IMG/VR virus record: IMGVR_UViG_3300035661_000001
Span: 310,001-374,000 of that record
Strand: one strand, 5' to 3'
DNA: 64,000 bases
This document shows, one piece after another, positions 10,201 through 18,831 of the stretch. Under the pieces are notes generated by a model, which made no database searches, had not been told where the DNA came from, and worked only from the letters and a program-made list of their open reading frames with translations. Numbering within the stretch: position 1 is the stretch's first letter; the number at the start of each line of letters is the position of its first letter. The position numbers were made by a program, and so were the translations under genes.

Positions 10201-13133
10201 GTGAAACAGTAATAATTCCAATTGTTAAAGAAAATTTCGGAACACTTAATGATATTAATTGGTTAGTTTGTATTAACGATAAGGGCGAATATCAGCCAAT
10301 ACCATTATTAGATTTTGATCAGTGGTTAAGTACACCTACTGATTCTAATAGGCGTTTTCAGGCAATCAATGTAGTTAATGGATTGAATTATTATATTGAT
10401 GCATCAACTTTTTCTGATGTAGTAAACAAAAGAAAAGATTTAACACCTCTTTATATTGTCGCTTCAACTGTTACAGTTTCTGTTACTCCTGTTGTTAGTA
10501 TGACAATAACAGATGCTAGAAAATATGTAAATGATGCGGATAGTAGTTTGCCGTTAACATTAACATCTGCAGAAGCACAAGGTAATTTTAAAAAGCCGGA
10601 GTCTATTTTAAATTGGATCAAATACAATAACCAATTTAACGGAACTGCTTTTATAAAAGGCGCGAACGCCGGCAATGCTACTATTGACGCAACTATGTAT
10701 TTAGATTTTGCAAACAGTGTAGTAATTGATGGTAAAAATGATGCGTTATTAACAATGAATGGTACGGTTATTTTAGGATCAAATCTTACATTTAAAAATT
10801 TAGATATTGTTTTTAATGGCTCTACTGTTATTCTAGATGGTGTTAAGAATTTAATATTTGATAATTGTAATATCACTGTTAATGTACCATCAACATCTCC
10901 TCCTAATAATATAATTTTCAGTATAATTAATGGAGATAACGTTGTAATTAAAGATAGTTCATTAATTGTGCAATATGCTTCATTATATGATTCATCGCAA
11001 ACTTTTAGAGGTTCAGTATTTTATTTAAACAATACTATTAATTTTAAACTTACCAATACTATAGTTACAGCTAATTACGTTATTTCAGCAGGAGTTGTTA
11101 CTCCTGGAGATGTATTTACTTTGGTAAATTCACCAATCTGTTATATTACAGATTCTATAATAAGTGGAAATTTTAACAAATTAGTAGATATTACTAATTC
11201 CAATTTTTTCAAATTAACAAATGCTATTGTAACTTCAATTTACAATCCTAACGCTGGAGGTACAGCTGACTCGTATAATGGTGTATCATATGATCCCCTT
11301 GATTTAGTTAATAGTGGACAAGGATATATTCATGGAAATGTTACTACAGTATTAGATAGCATTATAATTGATAATGTAGTATTTAATTATACGCCATCGA
11401 TCAATTCAAATGATAGATATAGTTTTATCAATTTTGAATTATCTACAATATTTTCAGTATTAAGTGAATTGCAAGTTACAAATTGTAAATTCAACAACTT
11501 AAATGTTAGTGGTGTTAAAGATGATACTAGGGCAGCAATTTCAATTATAAATAACGCTTCCCCTGTAGCTGCGCCTGCGATACAACCTACATTATTAAAT
11601 GCAGTTATTAGTGGAAATTATTGTAACAAAAATCAAGCAATAGTTGTAACTTCTGTATCTAGATTTGGAGTTATGTTATTCCCAGGAATAACAACACAAA
11701 ACTGTTTAATTTCTAACAATGTTTGTGGAACCATTGGGTATTTAGTTGGATCTGAAACAAAGATTATATCTCTGTCACCGGTCGTTAATGCATTCAATGA
11801 TAAAATAACAGGCTTAACTATTAGCAATAATAGCTGTCACTATATTGCTAATTTAGATAGTACTGGTAAATATTTCTTGATGTCTAAAGTTTCTACAACT
11901 TCTCCATTTACTGGAACTACTGTTAATCAAGTTAATTATTCTACAGGTAATGTAGATATTGTAAATAACAAATGTAGTTGGATTCATACTGGTTTAGCAT
12001 ACGAAGAAAATTCTACGTTAAGAATTTTGAATAACACGCTGAGCGCTTATGATGGAGTTTATTTGGTAAATTATAACGATGCCTTACCAAATGCCATTTA
12101 TAATCCATCGGCATCAGGGGTTAATGTCTCATCTAATTATGCAATCTTTGTAAGTACTAATAAACATGTACTTACAAATTCTCAGGCTCCTGGAGAAGGT
12201 CTTGATTCTTGTTGTATAATTTCAGGAAACATAACTAATACTGGATATTGGAATGCTATTAATTTTGCCCCTGTTCCAATTAAATATGGTTTAGGATATA
12301 TTTATTGCCAATCATCTTGTACTGTAACTAATAATACTTTGAAAGGTGTAGGAGAGACTTTTGGTTTTGGATCTTTGATTTTAGTTGGTGGTAAAAATTC
12401 AATAATAGAAAATAATAAAATCTATAGAAGTTCTCATTCAATTTTTGCTTATGTTGCGTTTGTTAATTTTGAAACTCCTACAGCTTGGAATGGCGCAGAA
12501 TCAACTGGAATTGTAGTTAATAACTTTTTTGATTCGCCATATATTAATGATGTTATACCACAAACTGTGGATACTATTAAAACAATAAGGCTAGACGCAA
12601 CAAGTGCAAATGCTACTAATTGGATTTTAGAAAGAAATATTAATCAAACAGTTACTATGGCTTTTAACTCTTCATCGGGTCAACATACTGGTGGTTCAGT
12701 ACATAGAATTTTCCCAGGAACTTTACCATCTGGTATTGATGCTTGGTCACAAGATGACCCTGCATCAACTGTTAAGATAATTTACATAAGCGGTAGCGGT
12801 CTTTTAGATAATTATCAATGGACGATACCTGCTTACGCACTAATTCCAAAAAGAACTAAAATAGTAAGAGCTTATGTAACAGTTACAAATACTTCTTTAA
12901 CTACTATAAGTAGCCCTTATTCTTTAACAATCATAGATCCGATCGCCGCGACGTCAGATTCAGATTCAGGAAATTTACAATTTTCTTTATCTGATAGCGC
13001 AATTGTTACGCCAACTAGTGTCTATCAAAATACTGAAGATGGTGTAGTAATGGTAAGATTTAATTTAAGTATGCAAAGTGGAAATAGCTTAACAGTCAAT
13101 ATAAGTAATATCCATATTCAGTATCGTTGGTAA
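7236..13133 (+). CDS. very large virion protein with C-terminal parallel beta-helix (tailspike-like)
   Basis: 1965 aa; N-terminal AINALRDAVFNIEQYLG anchor motif; C-terminal third has repeated ISGN/ISNN/IVNN/IENN beta-helix turns. Confidence 0.6.
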   Translation: MSDFPIKLDDDATLPPVNDNIQDIGAEAINALRDAVFNIEQYLGLDGPGTTDSLAARIGVSLDLSGSIKPSAITSLGLVTLPITNDQIADSAEIPEYKLKLDHRTQDLFNYILDLSKNVNTALGWISLTGVKLEPHLNGFIYRHTLNQIDVSISSTDFLKNRFNNLRNNHDSYTVIDDLNDEVLNHQFADGTGNSTQLISTIGGSNYPSNYAHTSSGIWLNTSRFSVIPQTATDLQQFADFIDSSSIFLYGTRIQNLYTNGISRSSRSSSLTADGYGIAVIPSTIAIAYLLNTGSSSFPIDDIDIGDDIIELKPTASEMSSNSFDEKFSLVKIGDVIKINYGTVEVSFIIKEKKYIQNGGNKKYVVRINGKNLFYTTNALIRIDRPLFNNNKHGVLAISPVNNVFSEIPSLIIGSPYGAQVLGIGFNPDQLNTTHYLMYLALYTTGNPQDGFTILPAIDVTGNRGVTPGSYTLDSVVEATNNAFRQAGFNYRFIAFSHQGEFGIMLADSYGNAGFSILSAVVADDGTYDSSATGVSFPNNVIDVFPTAGMGTIDPLGFGINGANFASPEYKTSYGSAEAALIPTKIFLPLKRNNFYVNGIEKDKLALDIDQLIDGYGDGYWNAAVQAINIFPGPNGRVQVTYRIHLDLSTSGLKVGKTLVVQPTNQTGLVDFGRYIIQDITFNIPDCADCSPVIPNNIYTDITVYDAVHATGVSPTATLAIDSLVRIYFNAGSVSFNRESATDFNSVQPFKRHFEVYVDQNGNTFTHERARINAGGSTFNVNGIPLRTFSELSKLNIIKVSSKLRGYQFGSVNKITLHVTDFNDITGTFIANLVSYDGSTSTHNGPTTLGKVGQTTRFYDETNIDYIDIIFDNNVAIAGFSDQYIDFQLFPTLSLDEEIMLLGTCQVNDVTNVVNLIKDERQFGNTSEKDFSTSALGFISLPEKLLHSNGVIRGFDLQDPDILTNPNSNQIYLNGGLVLVNGKFISVNSETVIIPIVKENFGTLNDINWLVCINDKGEYQPIPLLDFDQWLSTPTDSNRRFQAINVVNGLNYYIDASTFSDVVNKRKDLTPLYIVASTVTVSVTPVVSMTITDARKYVNDADSSLPLTLTSAEAQGNFKKPESILNWIKYNNQFNGTAFIKGANAGNATIDATMYLDFANSVVIDGKNDALLTMNGTVILGSNLTFKNLDIVFNGSTVILDGVKNLIFDNCNITVNVPSTSPPNNIIFSIINGDNVVIKDSSLIVQYASLYDSSQTFRGSVFYLNNTINFKLTNTIVTANYVISAGVVTPGDVFTLVNSPICYITDSIISGNFNKLVDITNSNFFKLTNAIVTSIYNPNAGGTADSYNGVSYDPLDLVNSGQGYIHGNVTTVLDSIIIDNVVFNYTPSINSNDRYSFINFELSTIFSVLSELQVTNCKFNNLNVSGVKDDTRAAISIINNASPVAAPAIQPTLLNAVISGNYCNKNQAIVVTSVSRFGVMLFPGITTQNCLISNNVCGTIGYLVGSETKIISLSPVVNAFNDKITGLTISNNSCHYIANLDSTGKYFLMSKVSTTSPFTGTTVNQVNYSTGNVDIVNNKCSWIHTGLAYEENSTLRILNNTLSAYDGVYLVNYNDALPNAIYNPSASGVNVSSNYAIFVSTNKHVLTNSQAPGEGLDSCCIISGNITNTGYWNAINFAPVPIKYGLGYIYCQSSCTVTNNTLKGVGETFGFGSLILVGGKNSIIENNKIYRSSHSIFAYVAFVNFETPTAWNGAESTGIVVNNFFDSPYINDVIPQTVDTIKTIRLDATSANATNWILERNINQTVTMAFNSSSGQHTGGSVHRIFPGTLPSGIDAWSQDDPASTVKIIYISGSGLLDNYQWTIPAYALIPKRTKIVRAYVTVTNTSLTTISSPYSLTIIDPIAATSDSDSGNLQFSLSDSAIVTPTSVYQNTEDGVVMVRFNLSMQSGNSLTVNISNIHIQYRW

Positions 13134-13142
13134 AGGATTTTT

Positions 13143-13970
13143 ATGAGTTTAGGAAATTTTTTCAAAAGTGATCTATTTCCGGTTCATAACATTGTGCAAG
13201 CCTCAATGTTAGTGTATCCAAAAGAAATAATTATTTCTACGTTAAAAGATTTCTTTTCTAAGGATAGTTATTATCATTACTCCAAAGATCAATGGGGTTT
13301 TGCTAATACTGTTGATCATACAGATTTGCCTGCAGGGGCAGATATGCCTAGAGGCACGGGCTCTCATCCAGAATTAAATCCATTTTTAAATTTGAGTACT
13401 AGGGTTTTTATTGGAGAAAATTATAGATATGATGGAATTCATTATCCAGCTATTTTAGTTAAAAATGGTGGGAGTAGATATGTCCCGATCTCTATTAATA
13501 GAGACCAGGGAGGTATTCAATATGAAAATATTATATATGAAGATGGTTATGGTACTCAAAGTATAATTCATTCTCCTAAAGCTTTTATTACAGCAGGTGC
13601 CTGGGAAGGATCTATAATTGTAGATGTTTTTTCCAGAAGTTTAAGAGCTAGAGATGATTTAGCAGAATTAATAGCTATGTGTTTTACTGAAGTTCATTTT
13701 GATACTTTGGTAGATGTTGGTGTAGTGGTCAAACCGCCAGTCATTGGGGCACCCTCAGAATCAGATGATAGAAACGACAAGTTATTCAGATTAAGTATAA
13801 CTTTAGATATTAGAACTGAATGGAGAAGAGAAATTCCAGTCAATAATTTAATAAATACTATTCTTTTCACTGTTAATTTTGCAAATATTTCTAATCCAGA
13901 GGCGATACCTGCGCCAAATTTGACCATTAATACGGAAGTAAGTATCACTGATCTACTACTAAATCTGTAA
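13143..13970 (+). CDS. putative tail terminator/tail completion protein
   Basis: Immediately upstream of sheath; YPAILV...IIVDVFSRSLRARDDLAELI...FRLSITLDIRTEW pattern. Confidence 0.55.
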   Translation: MSLGNFFKSDLFPVHNIVQASMLVYPKEIIISTLKDFFSKDSYYHYSKDQWGFANTVDHTDLPAGADMPRGTGSHPELNPFLNLSTRVFIGENYRYDGIHYPAILVKNGGSRYVPISINRDQGGIQYENIIYEDGYGTQSIIHSPKAFITAGAWEGSIIVDVFSRSLRARDDLAELIAMCFTEVHFDTLVDVGVVVKPPVIGAPSESDDRNDKLFRLSITLDIRTEWRREIPVNNLINTILFTVNFANISNPEAIPAPNLTINTEVSITDLLLNL

Positions 13971-14136
13971 GTACTTGATATTGAGAAAAACAAAATGAAT
14001 CAATATATCAACCCCAATAGTAATATTAATACATTTTAATGATACAACCTATCCAAAAATTAAACATAATTTAAGGACCGATTATGTTAACAAGTTTTAT
14101 AAAAGTGATATTTCAAATCTTTAGAGGAGAACAATA

Positions 14137-16908
14137 ATGGCAAATCAACCTGGAGGCGCTGGTATTTTACCAGGAGTTACGACTGATCTTATCACACAAT
14201 CACGTGGAACATCCATTCCAGGCGGATCGCGTGTTGCAGCCATGATCGGAGAAGGGTCAACAACTGAGACTGTTGTCATACAAGCCGTTGGTAGTGGTGC
14301 TGATGGTCTTAATCCATCTTATAGCTCTACTTCTGGAGCTGATGGTAGACATTTTCAGTTATCAAATGCAAATGTTATTTCTAACAGAACAACTGTTTTT
14401 AAAAATGGTATACCATTAGTAGGATTAGAATCACTTATTGATTCTAATGCATTCAATAATAAATATGATTATAGAGTTGATATCACAACTGGTCGCCTTG
14501 AATTGCAGAGAGCTCATTTAGTTGATCAGGGTGGTGCTTTTTACATTCCTCTTACTACTAACGTTGGATTAGGTACAGTAAATACTTTAACTCTACAAGA
14601 TGCTAATGCTCCGCCAGAAACATGGACTATTAGATGTGTTGGCGTTCAAAGAAATGCATTGAATCAACCTATTGCTGGAACAGCTAAATTTTTAGCTTAC
14701 GGTTCTATTTCTGGTTCTAAATTAGATGCAAATGGAAATCCAATTGTTTGGGTAGCCAACAATAATTTAGTCACTAACGGTATTTTGAGTTTTTCTCTTC
14801 AAGAAACTCAAGTAATGTCAGTTGTTGTTTCTGCATTTAGAGAAGGCGATGCTTTTACAATTAAAATTGCTAGTGGCGTTCTTGTTAGAGACGATTCATT
14901 AACAGCAAATTATATTCCAACCAGTTTCTTGAATGATCCAATTTTAACTCAAGGAATGGGTGATGTAGTTAGAAGACATGGTTTTCCTAGTTTAGATAAT
15001 AATTTATCTTTGGGCGCTCAGTTGGCTTATGCTAATATTGCTCCAAGTTTAATTACTTGTCAGGCTGCACCTCCAATGCCCAGAAGAAGATCATTCATTT
15101 TAGAAGATGCTGTTAATTCTATTTCTGAAAATGTTGATGATTTTATCTTCCCACTTCCATTAGGAGTAACACCTGATTTTAATACTGAAATTCATTTCTT
15201 TGTTAATAACAATTCAACAAATGTAGAGTCACAAATTCTACCTAACAAATTAGAATTCTATTCTTTAGATACTTCTGGATTCCCAACCACTGATCAATTT
15301 GTATTTGATGATACTTCTGCACCAGCTGGATTCTCATACTTCTATACTGTTACTCAAAGTTTAGCTACCATAGCAACTGGAGAAGATGGTTATATTGGTA
15401 GAAATCCATCATTTTTTAATAAAGGTGTTTTTGCTTCTTCAATATCTTTTGATTCTTCTTATGTTGGAAAAACTCTTAAAATTATAGATGCGAATAACGT
15501 TGCTAATATTGGAACGTATGTTGTTGATGCTGTTAGTGGTGGTAAATTGTATGTTACGCATGATGTATTTCCAGATTTCGTTACTGAAAATCCAGTAACA
15601 TTTGAAGTAATTAACGTGGCTACAGGATTACCAATTGCTGGTGGTTCGGGTACAGATGGTGCATTGATTGCGTTAGTGTCAACAACTACAGCAACATTTA
15701 GTAGCGATGTATCTACTGGCGTTGACTTCAGTTTAATTTCTAATATATTGACACGTAGATTACAAATCAATGGTTCAATTGATAACAATGGACTGTATGA
15801 TATCATAGGATATGACAGTTTTACAAACTCTATTACAATACAAAAAGCTCTTGTCAATGAAAATGATATGAGATATGAAATATTGGATTCTTCTGATGTT
15901 AGTAATTATGTTGTTATTAATAAAAACGTTGTTCCAGTTGGTTACGGTTTAAGAGTAACAATAGTTGACACTAAAGAAGCTTCTTTTTATGATGCCGGAT
16001 GGATCAATGCATTAGAATCATTAGAAAAAGTTGAGTGTGATATCTTAGTTCCTCTTCCAAAACAAACTATTTCTGTTATTTTTCAAACATCACTTGCTCA
16101 CTGTAAATCTATGAGTAATATTAGAAACAAAAAAGAAAGAGTTTTGTTTATAGGAGCTATCAATGGTTTGACTCCTGAAAATGTAATTGGAACTCAACCT
16201 GCTGCCGTCGAAAATATTGGTATACTAGAAGGTATTCAAGGCGAAACTATTACTGATGTTTTGGCTGGAAACGTAGAAGATTTGGCAGATTATTCTGTAC
16301 CAAGTGCTTTTGGAAATACTTATAGATGTGTATATTTCTATCCTGATCAAATTGTAGTACAAGCGGGTGCAGACAATGTATTAATTGATGGATTTTATCA
16401 AGCTGCTGCTGCCGCTGGATATGAGTCAGCGGATATCAGAATTGAAAATCCATTAACAAATAAAGTATTAAGTGGTTTTACAATTAACAGAAATAAAACC
16501 TATTCTACTTCTACCTTAGAAAGATTAGCTGCAGCTGGTATTACTACTTTACAGCCAGTTCAAGGTGGAGGCGTAGTTAAATGGGGATTGACAACATCAC
16601 AAAGTGGATTCGTAGAAGAACAAGAAATATCTATCATATTTATTAGAGATAGAGTTGCTAAGACTTTAAGAGCCGGATTTGCTGGATATGTTGGTCAACC
16701 ACAAGATAAAAATACGGGAGCAATCTTAAATACCCGCGCCGTTATTTTGTTAAATTCCCTTGTGTCTCAAGGATTAATAACAAATTATGCAAACTTAAGT
16801 GTTGTTCAAGATGGTGTAGATCCAACACAATGGAATATTTCCGTTAGTGTTCAGCCTGCATACCCACTTAACTTTATCTATATAAAAGTTAGTGTTGGTC
16901 AAATATAA
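14137..16908 (+). CDS. contractile tail sheath protein (with inserted domains)
   Basis: N-terminal PGVTTD motif; C-terminal sheath domain (LAAAGITTL...WGLTT...EISIIFIRDRV...ISVSVQPAYPLNFIYIKVSV); GAGGAG RBS. Confidence 0.9.
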   Translation: MANQPGGAGILPGVTTDLITQSRGTSIPGGSRVAAMIGEGSTTETVVIQAVGSGADGLNPSYSSTSGADGRHFQLSNANVISNRTTVFKNGIPLVGLESLIDSNAFNNKYDYRVDITTGRLELQRAHLVDQGGAFYIPLTTNVGLGTVNTLTLQDANAPPETWTIRCVGVQRNALNQPIAGTAKFLAYGSISGSKLDANGNPIVWVANNNLVTNGILSFSLQETQVMSVVVSAFREGDAFTIKIASGVLVRDDSLTANYIPTSFLNDPILTQGMGDVVRRHGFPSLDNNLSLGAQLAYANIAPSLITCQAAPPMPRRRSFILEDAVNSISENVDDFIFPLPLGVTPDFNTEIHFFVNNNSTNVESQILPNKLEFYSLDTSGFPTTDQFVFDDTSAPAGFSYFYTVTQSLATIATGEDGYIGRNPSFFNKGVFASSISFDSSYVGKTLKIIDANNVANIGTYVVDAVSGGKLYVTHDVFPDFVTENPVTFEVINVATGLPIAGGSGTDGALIALVSTTTATFSSDVSTGVDFSLISNILTRRLQINGSIDNNGLYDIIGYDSFTNSITIQKALVNENDMRYEILDSSDVSNYVVINKNVVPVGYGLRVTIVDTKEASFYDAGWINALESLEKVECDILVPLPKQTISVIFQTSLAHCKSMSNIRNKKERVLFIGAINGLTPENVIGTQPAAVENIGILEGIQGETITDVLAGNVEDLADYSVPSAFGNTYRCVYFYPDQIVVQAGADNVLIDGFYQAAAAAGYESADIRIENPLTNKVLSGFTINRNKTYSTSTLERLAAAGITTLQPVQGGGVVKWGLTTSQSGFVEEQEISIIFIRDRVAKTLRAGFAGYVGQPQDKNTGAILNTRAVILLNSLVSQGLITNYANLSVVQDGVDPTQWNISVSVQPAYPLNFIYIKVSVGQI

Positions 16909-16916
16909 TTGATCAG

Positions 16917-16948
16917 GTATAACCTCTTATATAATTAAGAGGTTATAC
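16917..16948. repeat. 13-bp perfect inverted repeat with TATAAT loop (terminator and/or promoter hairpin)
   Basis: gtataacctctta-tataat-taagaggttatac between sheath and tube genes. Confidence 0.75.
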
Positions 16949-17000
16949 TTAAATTATGCATAAATAAGAATATCAATATCAAATAACTTTTGGAGTATAA

Positions 17001-17699
17001 ATGGCTACCGCACCTAATACCAATTCCACATTAACATTACCTAATGGTGTTAATAAAACCAGTACATCGTTGTCGACCAATATGATTATATTGGTTAATA
17101 ATACAGCTGTGGGCGCTATACAACAAATGGTAATTTCTGAAAAAAGACAGATAAAAATGATAGATGAAGTGGGAAATGATGGTCATATTGATTCTGTTCC
17201 CGTATCATCTACTAATATTACTGGTTCTTGTCAAAGAATTAGATTTGATAGATTAAGAATCACAGAAGCTTTTAGTAGAGGATTTTTACACGCCGCTTCA
17301 CAGGTTTACCCATTTGATATTGTTATTCTTGATAAACAAAAAAGAGATCAAGGCAGTCAAATTTCCACAGTAATTAAAAATGTTTGGATTTCTGGTTTAG
17401 ACTATACTTATGCCGCTAATGATTGGATCATTACTGATACTATGCAGTGGGAAGCAGAAACAATTTTCAGTATTTTAAATGGTGGTTCTTCACCAATTCC
17501 TGGTGGTATGCCTGCTGCTGTTGGTGGTGAAAGAGGAATTCAACACATGGGTGGTGGTCCAAATGGTGTTCTTAATATTGTTAGCGGTGACGGTATTGTT
17601 AATATCGAACAACTTACAGATACTGGTTCTAATGGCAGAAGAGGCTCGCTCGACGCTGCTGGATTGATAGATATTGGATCATCTGGTCTATTATTTTAA
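17001..17699 (+). CDS. tail tube protein
   Basis: Directly follows sheath; AVGAIQQMVISEKR...EVG...PFDIVI...IKNVWISGLDYTY pattern; Gly-rich C-terminal extension. Confidence 0.8.
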   Translation: MATAPNTNSTLTLPNGVNKTSTSLSTNMIILVNNTAVGAIQQMVISEKRQIKMIDEVGNDGHIDSVPVSSTNITGSCQRIRFDRLRITEAFSRGFLHAASQVYPFDIVILDKQKRDQGSQISTVIKNVWISGLDYTYAANDWIITDTMQWEAETIFSILNGGSSPIPGGMPAAVGGERGIQHMGGGPNGVLNIVSGDGIVNIEQLTDTGSNGRRGSLDAAGLIDIGSSGLLF

Positions 17700-17733
17700 T
17701 TAGTCTAATTATAACAGTTTGTGTAATTAACTA

Positions 17734-17774
17734 AAATTATCCTGTAATTGATATATTCAGTTACAGGATAATTT
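17734..17774. repeat. 14-bp inverted repeat enclosing TGATATAT (terminator and/or promoter hairpin)
   Basis: aaattatcctgtaa-ttgatatattcag-ttacaggataattt between the tube and chaperone genes. Confidence 0.7.
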
Positions 17775-17791
17775 AATTTTGTGGAGTATAA

Positions 17792-18478
17792 ATGCCTAGT
17801 TTTGACAGTCCCTTAGGAAGTAAGAAGCTCGCCGCGCAGTCTTTAAAAGAATTTGATATTCCAGATGAAAGTGGATTAACACAAGAACAAGTTGTTAATC
17901 CAGTTTTTAGAAGAAAAGCTGCGATGCCATCATTGGATGAAGCTGCTCTTCAAAATTTTCAACATAGAATAGATCATGAATTTGATCATAGTCCAGATCC
18001 TATAGAAATTGAAAGAGAATTTAAGGGTGCGAGAGAGGCGAAAAGGGCTAAAATTTCTGGTAGAGAAAGATTAAATGATGGCGCGAAAAAAAGATTAGAA
18101 ATGCTATTAGATATGACTCGTACTACTCACGAAGTTAATATCGACGGCACTATTTTTATTTTACAAACTTTGGCAGGCAAATCAATGAGAGAAGCTATTA
18201 TGGAAGCTTCAGAATTTGATGGAACTGTTCAGTCACCTTTTGAAGTTAGAAAACAATTTTTAGCTCGTTCTTTAATAAGTATTGGTGGAGCTACTTTTTC
18301 ACAATTTGTAGGTTCAGATAGTTTAGAAGTAAAATTGGCATTCATAGATGAGTTACATGAGCCTTTATTAAATAAACTTTATGACACATATTTGAAAATG
18401 ACAGAAATTGCTAAAGACAAATATTCAATAAAAAATGAAAATGATGCTAGGGAGATAATTGAAGACCTAAAAAAATAA
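17792..18478 (+). CDS. tail assembly chaperone (gpG equivalent)
   Basis: Lies between tube and tape measure; ends CTA AAA AAA TAA (slippery A7). Confidence 0.8.
   Translation: MPSFDSPLGSKKLAAQSLKEFDIPDESGLTQEQVVNPVFRRKAAMPSLDEAALQNFQHRIDHEFDHSPDPIEIEREFKGAREAKRAKISGRERLNDGAKKRLEMLLDMTRTTHEVNIDGTIFILQTLAGKSMREAIMEASEFDGTVQSPFEVRKQFLARSLISIGGATFSQFVGSDSLEVKLAFIDELHEPLLNKLYDTYLKMTEIAKDKYSIKNENDAREIIEDLKK
18469..18475 (+). other. -1 programmed ribosomal frameshift site (A AAA AAA)
   Basis: The -1 frame from 18475 reads IIYESDHRFAWFLCKEIYKTTPDDVRITD-MDPIQK..., open and in frame with the ORF at 18562-18828. Confidence 0.85.
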
Positions 18479-18828
18479 TATATGAATCGGATCATCGTTT
18501 TGCCTGGTTTTTATGTAAAGAGATTTACAAAACCACGCCAGACGATGTTAGAATAACGGATATGGATCCGATTCAAAAAATGTGGATGTACGAAAATTGG
18601 ATAGCTGATCAAAATGAACAGGCTGAATTAGCTAAAAATCACGCATATCTATTAGCATCATTCTCAAATCCTGAAGCTGTTAAGCAAATTTTGGGAGAAG
18701 GAAATACTCATACTTCTACTGATGAAGAATTTGAAGAATCAACAAGAATGATTAAAACAATTAATGATACGGTAGAGCGTCAAAAAGTTATTCCTAAGAA
18801 AAAACGTCGTCGTATAGCGCAAGGATAA
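18475..18828 (+). CDS. frameshift extension of tail assembly chaperone (gpT portion of gpGT)
   Basis: Open -1 frame reached from the slippery site; includes the listed 88-aa ORF at 18562. Confidence 0.8.
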   Translation: MIYESDHRFAWFLCKEIYKTTPDDVRITDMDPIQKMWMYENWIADQNEQAELAKNHAYLLASFSNPEAVKQILGEGNTHTSTDEEFEESTRMIKTINDTVERQKVIPKKKRRRIAQG

Positions 18829-18831
18829 TAA

